Sequence record: OZ346187.1
Reading direction: 5' to 3' (one strand)
Source of the DNA: a phage
DNA length: 64,000 bases
Below are positions 11,701 to 20,291 of the stretch, piece after piece. Position 1 is the stretch's first letter; each line of letters starts with the position of its first letter. The translations under genes were made by a program, and so were the position numbers. Below the pieces are notes generated by a model. That model was not told the origin of the DNA. It worked only from the letters and a program-made list of their open reading frames with translations, and made no database searches.

Positions 11701-14329
11701 CATGCAAATTCCGGTAACAAACGGATACAAACGTGTTGTGATGATCATTAAGTGCGACCTGATAGGTAAACAAGTTCTTGCAGAAAACGGGACATCCACA
11801 CATCCTTTTGAGATCGCTCTGCACTATCAGTTTGCTGACTCACCTTTTGCAGGGGATAAGAGAATATCTGATACAGACGCACAGCGTTGTAAGAAAGTAT
11901 TGTTGGGTGCAGGTTGGTGGTGGTATGAGTTTGATTTAACAGACAAATTCACCGACACGTCTAAAGTTGTAACAGGACTTCGTCTAGACCTTGGCGAGAA
12001 CATGCACAAAGCTGTTTGTGATGGCACCTATGGTGACCCTACAATATACCTAAAATATGTTTCTTTTGAGCATCCGGAAGATGTTGTCTACGGTCCAAAA
12101 CTGAGATTGTTTGGCAGCTGGATTGCAAAAGATAGGGTAGGCATGGGTAAGAAGGTAAGAGGGCTCTTGGTTGATGCAGGAACAGAAGACATGCTGGTTA
12201 ATGCAGTGTGGCCTGAATTACCTGGGACTCAGTGGGACAACTCAGCCAAATCTATAAACTGGTTTAACATTCATAGGGCCATGTGGACCACTAACTGCTA
12301 CTTGTGGAGAGAGCTTAACGATCAGGCCTTTGGATTCAGCGATGGTAGAAGGATGGCGATCATTTGCTGGACAACACTGCAAAGATGTTATGACCATGAC
12401 TATGAGATTGGGGGCAGGGCATGGAAAAATATCAGGGATAGAATCATAACCAATTTTGCAGACGACAACGGTGGTGGAGCACATAACTTTGGCACAAGCC
12501 GACTCATCCATTTGAACGGATCCTCAGCCTACAAGAAAGAAGGTTACTCTGGGTCTATGATCGAGTGGGGTCTGGTGAAAGATGCTCGCGTATTGATGGG
12601 CCAGCAACTTGCTGCCGCAATAGGTCCCAGCGCAGTGCAGTCGGTTAAACCAGCGTGGTTCGATATTCCATTGTGGTCACCCGGAACACCGGGAACTGCT
12701 GCAATCAACCCTACCACTGGGGATCTAGAAATCTCCTGGGAGGACTTGAAGCAGGTCGGTGGTTGGGACAAAACAGGGTACCAGGTTCAGTGGTGGAGAG
12801 CTGATGGATCTTTAGCTGCTGATGAGTTTGTTAAGGACAATTTCTACACTATGTCCTCTGCAAAAGCACAGCAATTATTTGGTCAGGCAACTCCGTCAAC
12901 GATCACCATGTCTATGTGCTGTAAAGACAACAGGACTGGAGCTTTGGGGCCAAGGGTTGCTAAAGTTTTCTCAGGTATTAAATGGAATCTACCTGTCCAA
13001 AGTATTTCATGGAAGCAAATAGGTGATAACAAGCTGCTGGTTACCCCTGCCTGTCAGTTCAACGCAACTCTTAACGTTGATCCTGCTGTTGCGGCAAACT
13101 CAGCTAAAGCTTCTGACTTCTCTGTGTCTAACACTGCTATGGCAGATGTGAGGAAGATTGACACACTGAACGCCAGAATTACCTGTAAAAACACTTATGG
13201 CACATTCCAAATCATCAACAACTTCACAGATGCTGATTCTAAGGTAGTAAGGACAGCAAGCCAGACTCTGAGTTTAGGGACTCTGGCCTATGCGGCCCTG
13301 ATCACCGAACAGTCGGCAACACTCCAAGGAGGCGGTGTAGGCAAGTCCATTGCAACACCTGTGTGGAAGCCAAATGAGTGGGTTGTGTTTGATTTGACTG
13401 TGGACTTCTCCAGCGATAATAACTGGACATGGGTAAGGAATTGTTTGTCACAATTGATGGGCGGTCCAAGCTCCGTTAGTGATAGTCACGACTCTACTGA
13501 CCCGAGTGTGTTCCAGGTAGGTAAAACTCACCCAGAGACTGGAGAAACGTTGCCTGACAGGAAGTATGCGTTGGTTTGCATCTCTTACGGGAAGGCAGAT
13601 GTCACATTCTCAGGGACACACACTTATAACGGAACTTACAACTTCTCAAGGAAGTATAGTCTCAAAGCAGGGAACATTATAGACGAGGTCGGTGTGCTGT
13701 ATAATCCGGGCAACGGCATAGGGATTGTGGGCGGTAAACTGCAGATGCAGGAACCTTCTATCACCCCTTCCAACGTATCCGGGATTAGAAAGACTTGGGA
13801 AAGTAGTAATACCAACATTGCAACAGTGGATGCCACCACAGGGCTGGTAACATTTAAAGCTACTGGGAATGTCACCATAAAGTTTGTAGTTAGAGATGAT
13901 GCAGGCCGCAAAACGTCTTCAACATCGTTTACTGTCAGACAGATGGCACCTCAGTGGTTTATTTGGGAAGGAAATCCTCTTGACGGGGCTTACCCTAGAC
14001 CTGCAGGAACGTCCAATATGAGGGTCTTTACCGGTCCGGTCATGAACAATCCGACCACAACCACCAACCCTACATTTTTTGGTGCTTACATACCTGAAAT
14101 TATTGGCCTACCAAGGAACCAGATACAACTGCTTTTCGGAGCAGGTGTTGATGGTCTAGCCACTTTTGGGTACAGTGACAACATTGATGCAGCCAGAAGC
14201 TCGGGTTGGATTGGATTTAAGTTTCAGTGGAACCCTGGTGGTAGAACATTAGGTGTTGCAAGCATAGGTGTTATGCTACCTGGTAACCAGCAATACCATC
14301 TCGAAGCTTATACAAACTTCCCTAGTTAA
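8702..14329 (+). CDS. giant tail-associated/adhesin-like protein with Ig-like (Big_2-type) domain (1875 aa)
   Basis: 5.6 kb uninterrupted ORF with GGAG RBS; near the C-terminus a segment (ITPSNVSGIRKTWESSNTNIATVDATTGLVTFKATGNVTIKF) matches the bacterial Ig-like group 2 pattern. Confidence 0.7.
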   Translation: MLPIPLLKLGRHFLDKRGGIKELAVLSYPIDNSDGTSNTVSYVNSLAILFDDGQLNITGYNRFGECRTGDLDTINYPNEAAWNVDHVWRADRAFVIRTFDNKFFYIGCTAGLIGSEAAGGNDVCVREWTPLPEQIVTGLHLDTHPERLVEVMGGVNNTVWVIAAPEADGMLHLYGSGNNTYGSLHVDKSQHATPVKIGETSESPETGPWKNPRINCEVHDNSVIFGGPNGFWIAGYDFLRNNSKNTLVYPAEHVTLDQFKGIPVGETWKGFMCGPNGAIIATERMHKPDDQQLVNVFYGQDVWGDDTWRSLNITYTHEVIMARGYGTSGIFFNNGTKQYRGFSRNLCNDIGAQSANNSPRANFIHYQALATAKYVEQRLPVSWTESVYFQGIHREGFLGTFTVVNGKLWWSGIPRGSFAGSNNLFGGRLNSQGFTEIPENWYKNVPVDSWGIEDIFDVNGVSNVSNIYIGDTVKMKLKPQPEGATFIIDKIELVNAAGTVVTDANYQFSTNWNHGGANEVVVTQYNRNINRRGLYSIKITYHDKHGTGRTYTTRTLNWNTIVPAYPSNGKWHTVGRNKQFHVNDTVYFGLNGTQPAVEGDTSYMVRLHRMDAGSVTYDVTQEIYDQRRATYDNIVKTQALWEFNPNGKGGKMLQVNEQNGTSLTVHEHPDPWPDPGKPHPGARTLKIVSHDAGYFGIRWEATVRYVDGTTNNIGITLGGTSEDNSLKIAYTPRGISIDSMDVVRNGYGDVNVKVTLGEHLGGERIIMYAFDHDPRTNGTYANQAWSYLINAPEPNTKEFYYGMKRDVCKKTGTHDWIAICVKDERTAWDEPVNRWFIGIPTRSDKYVAEYIVCMGGTNLNMCWNEDVNKYSDYDYMRDYSCNLWFNQTTGYPPRQARVNPAIFTDTQVFLTKQANEVQTFKNKYDPNKWFYNCYGAFFWGPGELPGGGSCLNEATYASDYIMGQVKKYKIIPGPETLGNAVDPYIIMTALRSNMDGTSMSMQIPVTNGYKRVVMIIKCDLIGKQVLAENGTSTHPFEIALHYQFADSPFAGDKRISDTDAQRCKKVLLGAGWWWYEFDLTDKFTDTSKVVTGLRLDLGENMHKAVCDGTYGDPTIYLKYVSFEHPEDVVYGPKLRLFGSWIAKDRVGMGKKVRGLLVDAGTEDMLVNAVWPELPGTQWDNSAKSINWFNIHRAMWTTNCYLWRELNDQAFGFSDGRRMAIICWTTLQRCYDHDYEIGGRAWKNIRDRIITNFADDNGGGAHNFGTSRLIHLNGSSAYKKEGYSGSMIEWGLVKDARVLMGQQLAAAIGPSAVQSVKPAWFDIPLWSPGTPGTAAINPTTGDLEISWEDLKQVGGWDKTGYQVQWWRADGSLAADEFVKDNFYTMSSAKAQQLFGQATPSTITMSMCCKDNRTGALGPRVAKVFSGIKWNLPVQSISWKQIGDNKLLVTPACQFNATLNVDPAVAANSAKASDFSVSNTAMADVRKIDTLNARITCKNTYGTFQIINNFTDADSKVVRTASQTLSLGTLAYAALITEQSATLQGGGVGKSIATPVWKPNEWVVFDLTVDFSSDNNWTWVRNCLSQLMGGPSSVSDSHDSTDPSVFQVGKTHPETGETLPDRKYALVCISYGKADVTFSGTHTYNGTYNFSRKYSLKAGNIIDEVGVLYNPGNGIGIVGGKLQMQEPSITPSNVSGIRKTWESSNTNIATVDATTGLVTFKATGNVTIKFVVRDDAGRKTSSTSFTVRQMAPQWFIWEGNPLDGAYPRPAGTSNMRVFTGPVMNNPTTTTNPTFFGAYIPEIIGLPRNQIQLLFGAGVDGLATFGYSDNIDAARSSGWIGFKFQWNPGGRTLGVASIGVMLPGNQQYHLEAYTNFPS

Positions 14330-14341
14330 CAGGAGGCAAAT

Positions 14342-14371
14342 AAAAAGGGGCCAGACGGCCCCTTTCTTTTT
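14342..14371. terminator. bidirectional rho-independent terminator
   Basis: ggggcc-agac-ggcccc hairpin flanked by an A-run upstream and tttctttt downstream, between convergent genes. Confidence 0.7.
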
Positions 14372-14375
14372 ATAA

Positions 14376-14576
14376 TTAGTAATATTCCCAACACGACCCA
14401 TCTTCAGACGGCTGGACACGCTTACCTTCATGATCGACATAGGTGTAACCACAGCCTTCACAGATAACAGGGGCCGCATAACCTTCCTTCCACTGGTCCT
14501 CTGTGATCAGTCCTTTCAGATCTCCGCAGTCACGACCAAACAACTCTTCAGAACAATCTTTGCAAAAATCAGCCAT
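14376..14576 (-). CDS. small Cys-rich protein, possible zinc ribbon (66 aa)
   Basis: GGAG RBS; CKDC and CEGCGY motifs. Confidence 0.45.
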   Translation of the reverse strand: MADFCKDCSEELFGRDCGDLKGLITEDQWKEGYAAPVICEGCGYTYVDHEGKRVQPSEDGSCWEYY

Positions 14577-14642
14577 CTCTATCAGTCTCCATATTTAACC
14601 AATCTATATTACATATTGCCGAAGAAACAGTATTTCATTTCA

Positions 14643-14861
14643 TCACAGATCTCCAACAACTTCCCAAATACCCCAGTGAGCATCTATATCCTTGATAAAG
14701 TATCTTTCTCCACGGTTTGTCCACACACCTATCCCAACTTTACCATCTATCCCATTGTATACATCTGCCTCATACTCTTTGCCCGGTGTAAAGTGTACAC
14801 CCATCATAAGGGCTGTTATTCCGTTAGGATTTTTAAATTTAACAAATTTTACTTTGCTCAT
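14643..14861 (-). CDS. hypothetical protein (72 aa)
   Basis: ORF co-directional with neighbours in the minus block. Confidence 0.4.
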   Translation of the reverse strand: MSKVKFVKFKNPNGITALMMGVHFTPGKEYEADVYNGIDGKVGIGVWTNRGERYFIKDIDAHWGIWEVVGDL

Positions 14862-14862
14862 A

Positions 14863-15192
14863 TTACTTAATCCTTGCAGTTACAGTAGCGCTATACCCCA
14901 TGTAGTTATGAGACATAAAGAATGTAAGCCCTTTAAGTTCAGGATTCTTTCTAAGAAATCGTTTCAATTTTCGAATGCAATTAACACCATGATCATAGTT
15001 TGAGAAATTAAATTTAATACCCTGCTCCATCATAGTGCACACTTCTTCATGGGTATGCCATTGTCTATCGTGGTCACAAAACCAGTAACCAATACCTTCT
15101 TTTTCTTGGATATGCAATCCCCAAAATACTTTATGCATTGGATATTTTGGTTTTCTACCATGATAATGTAGTTTAATATTCACATGTGCCAT
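14863..15192 (-). CDS. hypothetical protein (109 aa)
   Basis: His-rich ORF, no confident family. Confidence 0.45.
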   Translation of the reverse strand: MAHVNIKLHYHGRKPKYPMHKVFWGLHIQEKEGIGYWFCDHDRQWHTHEEVCTMMEQGIKFNFSNYDHGVNCIRKLKRFLRKNPELKGLTFFMSHNYMGYSATVTARIK

Positions 15193-15361
15193 TTTTTTGT
15201 TACTCCGTTCTGTATCTGTGATAATGAGAATAGCAAACTGGGGTGTGTGCTGTCAACAACATTTTTAAGCGTTTTGGGGAAGTTTTTTGAAAGGTGGGTG
15301 TAATCCCAAGAGAGGGTGGAGTTATTGAAGGCACAGGCCTCTTTTGAGGCCTTAAAATCGA

Positions 15362-15742
15362 TTATGACACTTTGACGTAGCGCTCTGACAGAGCTGGAAA
15401 GCCAAAAGCAGTACCTACACTGCCGTACGCTATCCACCATTGAAGTTCATCGTGACACCATTTTCCGATCAGAAAGGTGCTTGGGTAGCGGGTCAGTATT
15501 TTGGCATAAGCTTTAGGGTCTGCATCCTCTGGGATAATGATGCTTGGAACATCTTTGTTATGACCACAGCAGCAGTTTAGAGTTTTCAATCCTGCCGCCC
15601 ATAGACTCATGATAGGCTTAGCCATGCACTTATCAAGGCACACACGTTTTTTGCCGTCTCGAAGTTTTTTAGGCACATCGACGATAACATTTGGATGCTT
15701 GGCACCTTTCACTTTCCAATTATAGGATTTACACTTGCACAT
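15362..15742 (-). CDS. hypothetical Cys-rich protein (126 aa)
   Basis: ORF in minus block; CCCGH motif; start uncertain. Confidence 0.4.
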   Translation of the reverse strand: MCKCKSYNWKVKGAKHPNVIVDVPKKLRDGKKRVCLDKCMAKPIMSLWAAGLKTLNCCCGHNKDVPSIIIPEDADPKAYAKILTRYPSTFLIGKWCHDELQWWIAYGSVGTAFGFPALSERYVKVS

Positions 15743-15949
15743 TTAATCAGTCTCCGTCTAGAAAGCAATACTTTACTTAAAATCTTTGTCACCTATTACG
15801 ATTGCACGAATCCACTCATTGTGATGTTCAATGGCGGTAAGGTGTAACATAATGCAGTGATTGTCATTACTAAACACGGTGCGGTAAGCTTTGGCAGCAC
15901 CATGATATAACTTCCACATCAGGTAATGATATCTTCGCCTCATGACTCT

Positions 15950-16420
15950 TTACTCCGGTTCAGGATCTGGGTAATCTTCAATAATAAAGGGCCATCCGTT
16001 CCGCTTAGCCTCAGACTTATACTCAATCTCCTTCATTGCAAACTCTAACTGATTCTTAGCCGGAATACATGCCGGAGAATCATCAATCCAGATATCTGGG
16101 TAGATATCAAACTGCGCCAGATAGGCTGCCTTCTGAACACCACCAGTATAAAACACACCAACATCAAGCTCCTTGCGCCAATACTCAATGTCTACATTGT
16201 CTTGAGTAATGAATCGGAAAGTCACAAGGTAGACTGTCCACCCCTCCTTCTTCAGATCCCTGATCAGGCGGGAGAAGATGAAAGGGCTCGCATTAAACGT
16301 TCCATCAAAGTCAATGGCAATGATGTGCGTGCCGTGGCGAGTCTCATATGGATTGCTCGTGGTAAGATTGCTGTAATTAAAAGGGACTTCTTCCCCGCAG
16401 TAGCTGTAGTCCATATTCAC
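15950..16420 (-). CDS. HAD-superfamily phosphatase-like protein (156 aa)
   Basis: Motif I IAIDFDGTF (DxDGT) and a WIDDSP Asp pair consistent with the HAD fold; substrate unknown. Confidence 0.55.
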   Translation of the reverse strand: MNMDYSYCGEEVPFNYSNLTTSNPYETRHGTHIIAIDFDGTFNASPFIFSRLIRDLKKEGWTVYLVTFRFITQDNVDIEYWRKELDVGVFYTGGVQKAAYLAQFDIYPDIWIDDSPACIPAKNQLEFAMKEIEYKSEAKRNGWPFIIEDYPDPEPE

Positions 16421-16692
16421 ACCTTCTCGTTGATAAATTTACGGGCGGTTTGGTGAGTTGTTTCTGCTGTCTTCAGAATGATATTAATTTTATTGTCAAG
16501 ATCATTCATCTCAGCAGTTAATTCAGGGATTTCTCCAGCATGCATGGTGAAATCATACATAGACATGCCCAGAATCTCATTGATGCGACGGTTGCATTCT
16601 GCAGCACGCTGGTTCATTTTCCAAGCTAACACCAAAGCCTCCTGCGTAGCCTCTAGTGCAAAATCTAATACGTCGGCCTCTTCTTTCGTCAT
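16417..16692 (-). CDS. hypothetical protein (91 aa)
   Basis: ORF overlapping neighbour by 4 nt (coupled). Confidence 0.4.
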   Translation of the reverse strand: MTKEEADVLDFALEATQEALVLAWKMNQRAAECNRRINEILGMSMYDFTMHAGEIPELTAEMNDLDNKINIILKTAETTHQTARKFINEKV

Positions 16693-16749
16693 CTTAGTCT
16701 CTCCTGTTGTATTGTTGGTAGGTGTATGAATACCTTATAACTCACCTTT

Positions 16750-17316
16750 TTATTCAAACTGCAATAGTAAGTCCACCACCGCGCTAGGTCTGTCAACAAA
16801 TTCCCCAGGTCCACATGCCCACAGAGGGTATCCGTCCACATACCGCCAAATCCAACCTGCAGTGTGGAGTTCGAGCAGGGCAGTACCGTCCTTACTGTCA
16901 ACCACTCTTTCCCACAGTGTTGGGCAGCGAAGCTTGAGAATCGGATCACCTCCCTTATACCCGTCCATGTAGATACCCATTGCAAAGTTCAGCATCATCT
17001 TTTTGTGCACTGATCTCTTACTGAGGGTGCTCATCACTTCCTCTTTGTGAATGTTTGTAAGCTTCTCTTTGGCTACCCGCAGATCGTTGCAACCATTGTT
17101 CAGCAAATCTTCCAGACACTTGATCCGGAGGTCGTGAATGTCTTTGTCGTGTACCGTTGGCACAGGGTCGTAGCGGTATAGCACTGTTGATACAAGGTTG
17201 CTCGGGTGTGGGTCTGACAACAACCCATAGCCCCAATACTCTTCTGTATCTGAAAGGACAAGGCACCCAATGTCTCTGTCAAGCTTTCCTGTGTTGTAAG
17301 CCACATTGACCGCCAT
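16750..17316 (-). CDS. hypothetical protein (188 aa)
   Basis: ORF in minus block. Confidence 0.45.
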   Translation of the reverse strand: MAVNVAYNTGKLDRDIGCLVLSDTEEYWGYGLLSDPHPSNLVSTVLYRYDPVPTVHDKDIHDLRIKCLEDLLNNGCNDLRVAKEKLTNIHKEEVMSTLSKRSVHKKMMLNFAMGIYMDGYKGGDPILKLRCPTLWERVVDSKDGTALLELHTAGWIWRYVDGYPLWACGPGEFVDRPSAVVDLLLQFE

Positions 17317-17318
17317 GA

Positions 17319-17564
17319 CTATAGCTCCACTAGCAAAGTGCTTTCAAAGTGCCGTTCATGCAGACCGTTGTAAGGGACCACCTCCACAACGCCATCACGG
17401 ACATATGGGGCCATCATGGTGGTATAATCTCCAAACGGGTTGGTATTGTCACTAACCACAACCACCTTCTGCCCTTCCTTGGCAGAGTGCCAAATAGATC
17501 TGCACTTCATCAGGTGTTCGAGAGCTCCAGGTAAAATTTTGTTACGTTCTTTACGGGTCTTCAT
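17319..17564 (-). CDS. hypothetical protein (81 aa)
   Basis: ORF in minus block. Confidence 0.4.
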   Translation of the reverse strand: MKTRKERNKILPGALEHLMKCRSIWHSAKEGQKVVVVSDNTNPFGDYTTMMAPYVRDGVVEVVPYNGLHERHFESTLLVEL

Positions 17565-18010
17565 AACAGGTATAGCTCCTTATGAAAGTGATCTTTTAAT
17601 TTCTCACTGAGAAACTTCTTGATACCTTCCTCTAAAGTGTTTTCGATGTAGTCCAGCTTAACTGCTTCGATGGACATATCATAGATCGCCAGCTCTAAGC
17701 TGTCAAGTCCCATCATAGCATGAACCATAAGATTTTCATCTTCAGATACATTCAGGGGACTTCCTATAACATCTGGAGGCAGAATAGTTTCCCAATTATT
17801 CTGGGTGGTAGTTCTCCCTCCCTCTGCTTTACGGCGCAGTTCGAATGTGTTCTTAGTATAAAACACTTCATAAGAAACGATACGACTGTCGCTCTCATAA
17901 TAAACGAAGTTCAGGTAGGAGCCTAGCCGCAGTCGGCAAACTTCCACCCCAAACCATTGTTTCTTATAAGAATTCAGGCTAATGCTGTCGCATTCACGTT
18001 TGCTCAACAC
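17561..18010 (-). CDS. hypothetical protein (149 aa)
   Basis: ORF in minus block. Confidence 0.45.
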   Translation of the reverse strand: MLSKRECDSISLNSYKKQWFGVEVCRLRLGSYLNFVYYESDSRIVSYEVFYTKNTFELRRKAEGGRTTTQNNWETILPPDVIGSPLNVSEDENLMVHAMMGLDSLELAIYDMSIEAVKLDYIENTLEEGIKKFLSEKLKDHFHKELYLL

Positions 18011-18026
18011 GGCTATCTCCTTTTTG

Positions 18027-18260
18027 TTAATCTTCGTAAATCAGGATTTCTGCTTTAGGTTTTCGTGCTTTCAGGTCCAGCTCTATCCAGTGCACCATAG
18101 CTGTTTCAAGAAAAACAGCTTGGATGCATCCGTCCTCAGCGTGCCCCACCAACATAACGAGATCTTCACCTTCGTCATCTGCATCACGAACATAAAGAAT
18201 CTCTCCAGATTCGAAGTCTTTCACAACCTGATTGCTAGATAATTTTCGAATTTTTGCCAT
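18027..18260 (-). CDS. small acidic protein (77 aa)
   Basis: ORF; acidic small-protein style like those in 50-61 kb. Confidence 0.4.
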   Translation of the reverse strand: MAKIRKLSSNQVVKDFESGEILYVRDADDEGEDLVMLVGHAEDGCIQAVFLETAMVHWIELDLKARKPKAEILIYED

Positions 18261-18261
18261 A

Positions 18262-18525
18262 TCAGAAACCCTCTAAAAAGCTCTTGTAGAAAACAATCTC
18301 AGTATCCACACCAGTCACAATCTTGTCGTTCCTGATTTCATCGGTAAGATAGGTGTCAAAACGCAGAACCTGTGTGGTGTTGTCACACATCCACTCAGCT
18401 GTGACCATTGCGAAAATCTTAGCATCTTCATTATCTGGTGTGAATGTTACCACCTCACCGCACTTAAACTTTTCGATAGGCTGAGTGTTAGCTTTCGGTT
18501 CTGCGATAGTGATTTTTGTGGTCAT
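18262..18525 (-). CDS. small protein (87 aa)
   Basis: ORF in minus block. Confidence 0.4.
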   Translation of the reverse strand: MTTKITIAEPKANTQPIEKFKCGEVVTFTPDNEDAKIFAMVTAEWMCDNTTQVLRFDTYLTDEIRNDKIVTGVDTEIVFYKSFLEGF

Positions 18526-18791
18526 TATTCTTCCTCCATAGTTTCACCAAATACTTCGATACGAGCATCGAGCTCGGTTGCTTTCAGCTCCCCAACAAAA
18601 TATTTTAGTTCTTTCTCGTCCAGATCGTAAGCCCACACACAAGAAGAACATGCAGATTTCACAATCAGCAGCGTAGATACACGACCTGACTCTGTGATCA
18701 TGCTCACAATGGTTCCCACAGGGAACGTGTTGATAGCTTTTTTAACTGGGCGTTCAGCTTTAATTACTACCTCTGTTGCCATAAATAACAT
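18525..18791 (-). CDS. small acidic protein (88 aa)
   Basis: ORF in minus block. Confidence 0.4.
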   Translation of the reverse strand: MLFMATEVVIKAERPVKKAINTFPVGTIVSMITESGRVSTLLIVKSACSSCVWAYDLDEKELKYFVGELKATELDARIEVFGETMEEE

Positions 18792-18797
18792 CCTCTC

Positions 18798-20258
18798 TTA
18801 CTTAGCGTACTCGATTAATTCCACAGTTTTACCAAAGCTAGGGATATAATTTTTATTATACCCTTCGGTTAGAACCCATAAAGTATCGTACTTTTTCCAC
18901 TTGTTGTCAACAGCCTTTTGTTCAAAGTTATGCTCAAAGTATAGGTCGGTCAGGACGATGACATCTTTTGCATTTGGTATGTTGGCATCCAGATACTCGA
19001 ACACGCAAGCAGCTGTTGTTCCCCATGTTGAGTGGACCTCATAGTTGATCATTTCGTCTATGTTGCCGCGAGTGTATACTTTAACCTCTCCAACCTCAGT
19101 TGACCAACAGAACATTGTAACCTTAAATTCTTTATACAGATTGCACAATCCGGTGATTTCATTGAACATTTTCTTTAAAGTTCTTTGAGAGATCGAGCCA
19201 GAAACGTCTAAAGCCACCACAATATCTATAGTGTTTTCCGGATTACGACCAGGAACAATAACGTGCTGGTTCTTGTTTATAGCTCCGACTTTTCGCATTG
19301 TGCTGGTCAAAGACCCAGATCGGCGACCAGGTTTTCTGTAGGTCAGTTCGGCCTTTCTTTTAGACAACATACGCTGCTTGATGATGTCTATATAATTGAT
19401 TACAGGCTTACCTCTATTCTTGACAAACTCACGAACCGCCTCAGGGCAACGACCTCCGGAAGCTTGCATTGCTGCCTCAAGCATGTCACCAGAGTCCTGC
19501 ATGGCCTGATCTTTATCAGATTGGCTGATTACTGGTTGCGGCTGATCATACCCCATAGCCTTTCCAAGATCATCACTAGTACCACCGTTCCCACTCATGT
19601 GATCATCGGTTTGTCGTTTATCTCCTTGGGAGTTCTCGCCTTTACCGTTCTTACTTTTACCGCTATTCTTATCTCTTTGTTTATCAAGAACTGCATAGAC
19701 GTTCTCAGCAATCCATTCATGAAACTTCATGTCGCAGTAGCAACTAGCTAAGAAGCCAAAAGGCTTACCTTTTACGAACTCAGTGCTTTTCCCCTTCGGG
19801 AAGAAAACACAAGGAGGCTTGCTAAAGTCAACCACAAGACCTGTGTTGATAACGTGATCACAAGCAATATTGAACAGTTCCGGCTCAAAGCTTTTACCAC
19901 GGACCAGATGATCACAGATAATGTGCCCCACCTCATGTGACAGAAGAAAGGCCACCTCTTTCACAGATTTTGGGGAATAGAAAACCTCAGCCATCTCAAA
20001 CTGCTTGTCAGTCAGAGATGATTTAAGAATGGTTTTACGCTCATCTGCCAACCCCATAATGAACTCAGGGCTGTAGTAGATGCGTTTATGGTCTGTTGCC
20101 ATAGTGGAGCACCATGTGTGGTTTTCTACGAACTGCAACCCTGACAACAGTGTGCCATAAAACGGCAGCTTTTCAAGAAGGTACATGCGAGCGGCCTGCA
20201 GCATTCGCAAGGCATCATCTTTTTGTGCGGTAATGATTTCTGAACTTCTGCTATCCAT
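18798..20258 (-). CDS. VWA-domain protein with N-terminal HExxH metallopeptidase-like motif (486 aa)
   Basis: HEVGHIICDH (HExxH) near the N-terminus; VVALDVSGS MIDAS-like DxSxS motif in the C-terminal half; likely start is ATG at 20258 after GGAG (track TTG at 20279). Confidence 0.7.
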   Translation of the reverse strand: MDSRSSEIITAQKDDALRMLQAARMYLLEKLPFYGTLLSGLQFVENHTWCSTMATDHKRIYYSPEFIMGLADERKTILKSSLTDKQFEMAEVFYSPKSVKEVAFLLSHEVGHIICDHLVRGKSFEPELFNIACDHVINTGLVVDFSKPPCVFFPKGKSTEFVKGKPFGFLASCYCDMKFHEWIAENVYAVLDKQRDKNSGKSKNGKGENSQGDKRQTDDHMSGNGGTSDDLGKAMGYDQPQPVISQSDKDQAMQDSGDMLEAAMQASGGRCPEAVREFVKNRGKPVINYIDIIKQRMLSKRKAELTYRKPGRRSGSLTSTMRKVGAINKNQHVIVPGRNPENTIDIVVALDVSGSISQRTLKKMFNEITGLCNLYKEFKVTMFCWSTEVGEVKVYTRGNIDEMINYEVHSTWGTTAACVFEYLDANIPNAKDVIVLTDLYFEHNFEQKAVDNKWKKYDTLWVLTEGYNKNYIPSFGKTVELIEYAK

Positions 20259-20267
20259 TAAAACTCC

Positions 20268-20290
20268 AGAAGGGGCCAATGGCCCCTGTC
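20268..20290 (-). terminator. GC hairpin between co-directional genes
   Basis: ggggcc-aat-ggcccc palindrome between stop of 20292-21341 and the 18798-20258 start region. Confidence 0.35.
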
Positions 20291-20291
20291 A

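Noticed and set aside
153-14870. Numerous 60-200-aa ORFs antisense to or nested within the large tail genes (for example 153-401, 3652-3885, 8837-9358, 9932-10525, 10541-11143)
   Set aside because: Shadow ORFs inside long, well-supported genes on the opposite strand or in alternative frames; no independent start signals.
14863-15192. Possible calcineurin-like phosphoesterase based on His-rich motifs
   Set aside because: The ordered GDxHG / GDxxDRG / GNHE motif series is not present; left as hypothetical.
15180-15440. 86-aa minus-strand ORF
   Set aside because: Overlaps the 126-aa ORF by about 80 nt and has low-complexity composition; likely spurious or a mis-started fragment.
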